Source: Chrysomallon squamiferum (Eukaryota > Animalia > Mollusca). Taken from it: 64,000 bases of DNA. The position numbers were made by a program, and so were the translations under genes. The DNA is taken from assembly GCA_012295275.1 (NCBI GenBank), contig CM022666.1, positions 3,224,001 to 3,288,000 on the forward strand, written 5' to 3'. Positions 58,611 through 64,000 of this stretch are shown in pieces; the first letter of the stretch is position 1, and every line of letters begins with the position of its first letter. The notes under the pieces are model-generated. The model was not told the origin of the DNA, ran no database searches, and was given only the letters and a program-made list of their open reading frames with translations.

Positions 58611-59116
58611 CATACATGTATATGTGTGTGTGTGTCTGTGTAGGTATCTATATGCGTGCGTGTGTGTGTGAGTGTATACATAAGTAACAGATACGTATGA
58701 CATAAGAACAAACGAAACTATGTAATACATTCGTGACTGCATATCAGGAGATAATAAAGGATATATATATATATATATATAAATACAAACATATCAGCAA
58801 TAACTACTCGAGAACAAAAACCTGAGAAAACAAAAACAAAGAAAGATAAATAAATATCAGACACGTGTGATACTGACAGCCCGCTGTCGTTTCGATAACG
58901 TAATATCAACGCTTGCGATCGACGTATCTCGCGAACTTTAATCGGCAGTTTCCGTAAAAACGCCCGCTAAAAATCGGTGAGTGACAGTTTGTAAACAGTT
59001 TAGACAAAGTGTTCGGAGATAGCCTGGCGTTTCAGCGCGTTACGCTTGTAGCAGAATCAGTGCCAGGCAGAGTTTTGGTAGAGATTCTGGGGTGAAGGAA
59101 CTTTGAAAGTCATGTG

Positions 59117-59166
<50 letters not shown>

Positions 59167-59720
59167 TTTTTTAATTATTATTATTATTGTTGTTGTTGTT
59201 GTTGTTGTTGTTATTACTATTATTATTATTATTTATTATCATTATCGTCATTATTATTATTATTATAATTATTTATTATTATTATTATTATTATTATTGT
59301 TATTATTATTATTATTATTAAGCTGCTATTTCTATATTTTTTATAAATATATTTTTACTAGAATAAAATATAATTTAAATGATTTGTATTTTAATTTTCA
59401 ATTTGTATACTTTTTAAAATTAATTAATTTGTACGTTTATCATCATCATCATCATCATCATCATCAGTATCATCAAGTTTTTAATTATTTTTTTTTTCCT
59501 AGTATTTTTCTCGTTTCTATAAGACTATTTTACCCGTAATTAGATATTTTATGACAGCATAAAAAATGTAGCGAAATGCATTTCGCGATCATTAAAATTT
59601 TATCTGTATAATAAACCCGTTGTATGTAACAGTAGATCCTAATGAAATACATTTTATATCCACACTGACGTAAATATAAAAATTCTCTGTCGAATCATAG
59701 ATGACGTAACTGTTCTGTAT

Positions 59721-59780
<60 letters not shown>

Positions 59781-60309
59781 CGAAAAATCATACATCCTGA
59801 TAAACATATTTCATTATTTATTATAGATACAACGACTGTTGATCTTCGCAGATTTATAACACAGATAACTCAGAACTGTACTTACCAAAACTTGCGTCAG
59901 AATACTAAATTGTTAAATACGTATTTAAGTTCCATATCATTACACATAACGTTATTATAACCAAAACTGATATACACCATTATCTAAAATATATTTTGAA
60001 TGACATAAGACTCCAGCCATGATAAAATACAAGCAAAATGACGTTAATTTTAGAAAAAATACATTTTCTTGGAGAACGAATGATAAATAATAACATTGTG
60101 AGTTTAAAGGTCTGAAATGTGCAAGTAAATAAATATATTTCTTGTACGGAGTGAAATGAACATGAAACATATTAGTGATAAATCAAACATACATGCCAGC
60201 GCGTGATAAATATTCATATATATTGACTGTATATACATGAGGATATAGTAGGTCATGTAGATGATATTATTATTATTATTATTATATAATCATTTTTCAT
60301 CATCATCAA

Positions 60310-60371
<62 letters not shown>

Positions 60372-60469
60372 CTGTGTTACCTTTTCTCCTTTGTCCTTAT
60401 TCTATACTTTTTAATATATTTCTTTCTTTATTTTAATAACACACAGAATTAAAGACCGAAATCACGTAA

Positions 60470-60507
<38 letters not shown>

Positions 60508-61649
60508 GTCACAACGAAAGTGGAATGTTACTAATTACTTTAATTAACAGAGCGAAAAGTGCAGCGTTCTATTAAACAGACTTCGTCACAAATGCACTGC
60601 ACGAAAATCTGACGCGATGTTCGCATCGATGAAATGTACGTTAGCCTCCTGCACGTGATATTTGACCTCGTCAAATGTTCTACAGCTGTTATCTGCTGAC
60701 GTAGAAGGATATCTATACGTCATATGAGTCGTATTAATGTGCTACGTTTGGTATGGACCGATATTATTTGATGCGTAGTTGTAATCTATCGAAAATATTT
60801 TTATATATATATATATATATAAACGTTTAAGAAATGATTCAAGGTTAAAATAAACTGTTATATTTGACTTGCGTTATATGAGTAACTAAATGATAAAAAA
60901 GTAGAATCTTAAAAAAAAAAGTTTGAAAATAATGCAAAAGCAAATATTTGAATATAACGCATACGTAAACTCACATCCATACGCACGTAATACGCACACA
61001 CATACACGTAATACGCACAAACATACACGCAGACGCTAATACGCTCACGTGATTTGTAAACATTCTGGTTAACGCTATTTGAAATATAACCCCAACGTCG
61101 ATGAAAAATTAATTAACTTGTTCCTAAAATATCAGTAGTTAAATGTTATCCAAATCTATTTTTTCAAAGTAAAATAAATAATTTTAGTACATTTCCTGTC
61201 TGGTTTATTAATATCATATAATGCTTTATTTTTGAAAATATTTTTCTTACGTTTAATTACATTTGTGGAATATGTTTCTTTCTTAGAGAGGTTTGCATTT
61301 GTTTGTGATATATGTATGTATGTTTGTGTATGTGTGTGTGTGTTTGTGTGAGTGTTAGTCTTTGTGTTTATGTAAATGAATGTATTTATATATAAACGAA
61401 TATGCATATTAAGTACTTATTTGTATTTCTCGATTGCATAAATATTTATAACACACGGACAACAATCATTTAATGTTTACCACCTAAAACCATACAGATT
61501 ATACTATCCTTGGTCGATAAACCTTATTTATTCAAGTTTATGGCCGACTATACATTAACGTTCCCCAGAGTTTTGAATAGCAAATAGCTTCGCTTCTGTA
61601 ATCTATGAAAGAACCGCAATTATTTACGCTTAAAATAACAGACATTTAA

Positions 61650-61880
61650 TAAATAATGGATTAAATCAATTCATGTTATGAATGGTATTTGGCGATTGAA
61701 ACAATACCGTACTATATTCGCAAACGCCTCTTTAATCTGCTTAACACTTTGATATATATAATCCCTCAAAGTATTTACTTTACTTATACTAGCGGATTAA
61801 GGTAATCCCAATCAGTGTGTGTTTCAAGTGATAATCGTAAATCATTGATTGATTGGCGTGCTGATCGATAATCATAACTC
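61650..61880. promoter_or_regulatory. Candidate intronic enhancer with clustered K50-homeodomain (TAATCC) sites
   Basis: GGATTA 61658, TAATCT 61733, TAATCC 61759, GGATTA 61794, TAATCC 61803, plus CTTTGAT 61747 and TGATTGAT 61846. Motif evidence only. Confidence 0.35.
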
Positions 61881-62212
61881 TAACACAACAACGCGTCGAA
61901 GTTAAATACACAGAAAATACCGCGGGAAACTGCAACAGCAATTTCGCGCAATTACGTTATTATAAAGTATTTGACTTAGTTCGCGCAAAGTCGCAGTCAC
62001 GTTATTAAGTCGTATTAACAAGCGATAGTATTTAGTTCGTAATAAGCGAAAAGCTGCTTTCGTTTTAGCTTGTTTGCATTGGAAAGCGAGTGATTTTGAA
62101 TCAACATAACAGCGGAAAGTAAACAAGTAAATATATAAATTTAAAAAAAAAATAAATAATAAATAATAATAATAATAATACAAAAATTAAAAAATTAATA
62201 AAAACAGATATC

Positions 62213-62424
62213 GTCACGGAAAGTTACGAAATCGACGATTAACCGAAAAACCGAAAAAGGAGTAATGAAATTGACACGATCACGGAAATTTACGAAATTT
62301 AGAATAATGCTGAAAGTTACGAAATTGACAACGCCTCGAACATATGTCATCATTATAGAATTTTTACGAAATTTACATTATTACTGAACTTTACGAAACT
62401 GAAGACACAATCAGAGTAACTAAA

Positions 62425-62457
<33 letters not shown>

Positions 62458-62650
62458 TCAACACAGAAATTGACGTAATTTATACCAGTACTGACACGTT
62501 ACGAAATCGACAACCTCTCCAAGTCGCGACTTAGAGTAACGAAATTGACAACAGCCGCCCGCAAAAAAAAAGAAAAGAAATTGACATCAATGAAACAGAC
62601 AACACCTCGAAGAAGCGCAAAATCTCGCTAAGCGGCGAAATTGACGTGGA
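62213..62650. repeat. Cluster of about 12 copies of a 14-bp motif (GTTACGAAATTGAC) with diverged spacers, base period about 27 bp
   Basis: Copies at 62223, 62262, 62289, 62316, 62363, 62390, 62461, 62498, 62536, 62572 and 62632, with weaker ones at 62416 and 62588. Confidence 0.8.
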
Positions 62651-63135
62651 AATGTTTCACCTTGCTCATGAAATGTGATCGCTTCAGACAAAATAGCGCG
62701 CGGACTAACGAGATAATTACTAAATCAAGTAACGTTAATTACCATGCAGCTAATTTTCTCTAACTCGAGCAATTTTAGCCCGACAACCAAAAACCGCTTG
62801 GCTTGGTCTCCTCTTTCTTTGAGAAATGTAACCGTTTATAAAAAAAAAAAAAAAAAAAAAATTGTGCCAACGTCTTCGTTGTTTTAAAATAACACCACGT
62901 CTTCTGACAAGTGTAAAATTGACGTTAGCTGTCGAGTGAGGGCTCTGGGATGTTCAGTCAATGTCACTGCGATGTTTTAATGCGTACGTGAAGCGTTAAT
63001 TAACATGTGTCAGAGCTTACCAAGCGATCGTTCTGAGGTGAATGAAACTTTTAAGGAGCGTGAAAATACGCTAACTCGAGTGCGTGTTTATTGATAATGA
63101 ACAGGTGAAAGTGATGTGTTTTTTTTGTGTGTGTT

Positions 63136-63166
<31 letters not shown>

Positions 63167-63315
63167 CAAAATGTTATTTGTACTAATGAATAAAATTAAA
63201 TTTAAAAAATCCGAAGTTTAAAACAGAACAAACCCCCCAAAATCAACAAAAAACTTTTCTTATTTTCTCCCATGTAATAATAATGATGATGATGATGATG
63301 ATTATGATGATGATG

Positions 63316-63369
<54 letters not shown>

Positions 63370-63376
63370 TTAATAA

Positions 63377-63452
<76 letters not shown>

Positions 63453-63769
63453 TGTAGTAGTACTATTTTATTATAAAATTCTTTTCACCCTTTTTGACAA
63501 ATTTAATCTTTACTTTTATTTGGCTTTTTACTTCTTATTTATTTACAAACTTCACCTTACTAACTTACTAATTTTACTATTTCATATTAGAAATATTAGA
63601 CATATTAGACATATTAGAAATTTAAACATAGGAAATACATAAAGTATAAAACCATAGATACAGAGCTTTTGTTTTGTTTTGTTTTTTTAAAATAAGAATA
63701 AGTATTACATCAGATATATTTGACAGTAAACCTAAACTCGTATTTCAGTTATCAAGTTAGTCATCTATA

Positions 63770-63850
63770 TTTATTTCAATTATTATCCGATTTATCTACG
63801 ATTATCGATGGGTTTATCTACGATTATTTCAACTATTATCCGATTTATCT
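63770..63850. repeat. Short nested duplication (TATTTCAAYTATTATCCGATTTATCT x2; TTTATCTACGATTAT x2)
   Basis: Seen directly. Confidence 0.75.
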
Positions 63851-64000
63851 TTCCACTCAACTAACTTTATGAGTTTCAGTGTGTGGAAAGGCGAAACTTG
63901 TTTCATGAAATCAGTAAAGGATGTTTTGAGGTTTTTTTCTCGAAGTTTTTCTAGAAAACGTTCGGAACATTTATTTATTTATTTATTTATTTATTTATTT

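Overview
This is AT-rich, microsatellite-saturated animal genomic DNA, not prokaryotic. The Zic sequence type and repeat profile suggest a protostome, probably a lophotrochozoan or mollusc (inference). The only protein-coding sequence I can support is the last coding exon of a Zic/odd-paired zinc-finger gene on the minus strand (49122-49639). It encodes ZF4, ZF5, a Ser/Thr-rich tail and the Zic C-terminal NLSEWYV motif, and it begins at the phase-1 intron position conserved in bilaterian Zic genes. No upstream exon is visible, so that intron is at least 14.3 kb. The 49 kb downstream is a gene desert in which simple repeats alternate with 0.3-0.8 kb complex, CpG-rich islands. These islands carry candidate regulatory motifs: RFX X-boxes, paired octamers, a K50/Otx-type site cluster, and YY1/CRE/E-box sites. 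There are also several minisatellites made of a conserved core plus a variable microsatellite spacer, a 54-bp exact inverted repeat pair 3.8 kb apart, and a tRNA-like SINE remnant. Nearly all other ORFs in the track are translations of microsatellites. I found no convincing evidence of a novel multi-gene system. The best leads are the Zic cis-regulatory landscape and the unusual repeat arrays, and these are hypotheses from motif reading only.
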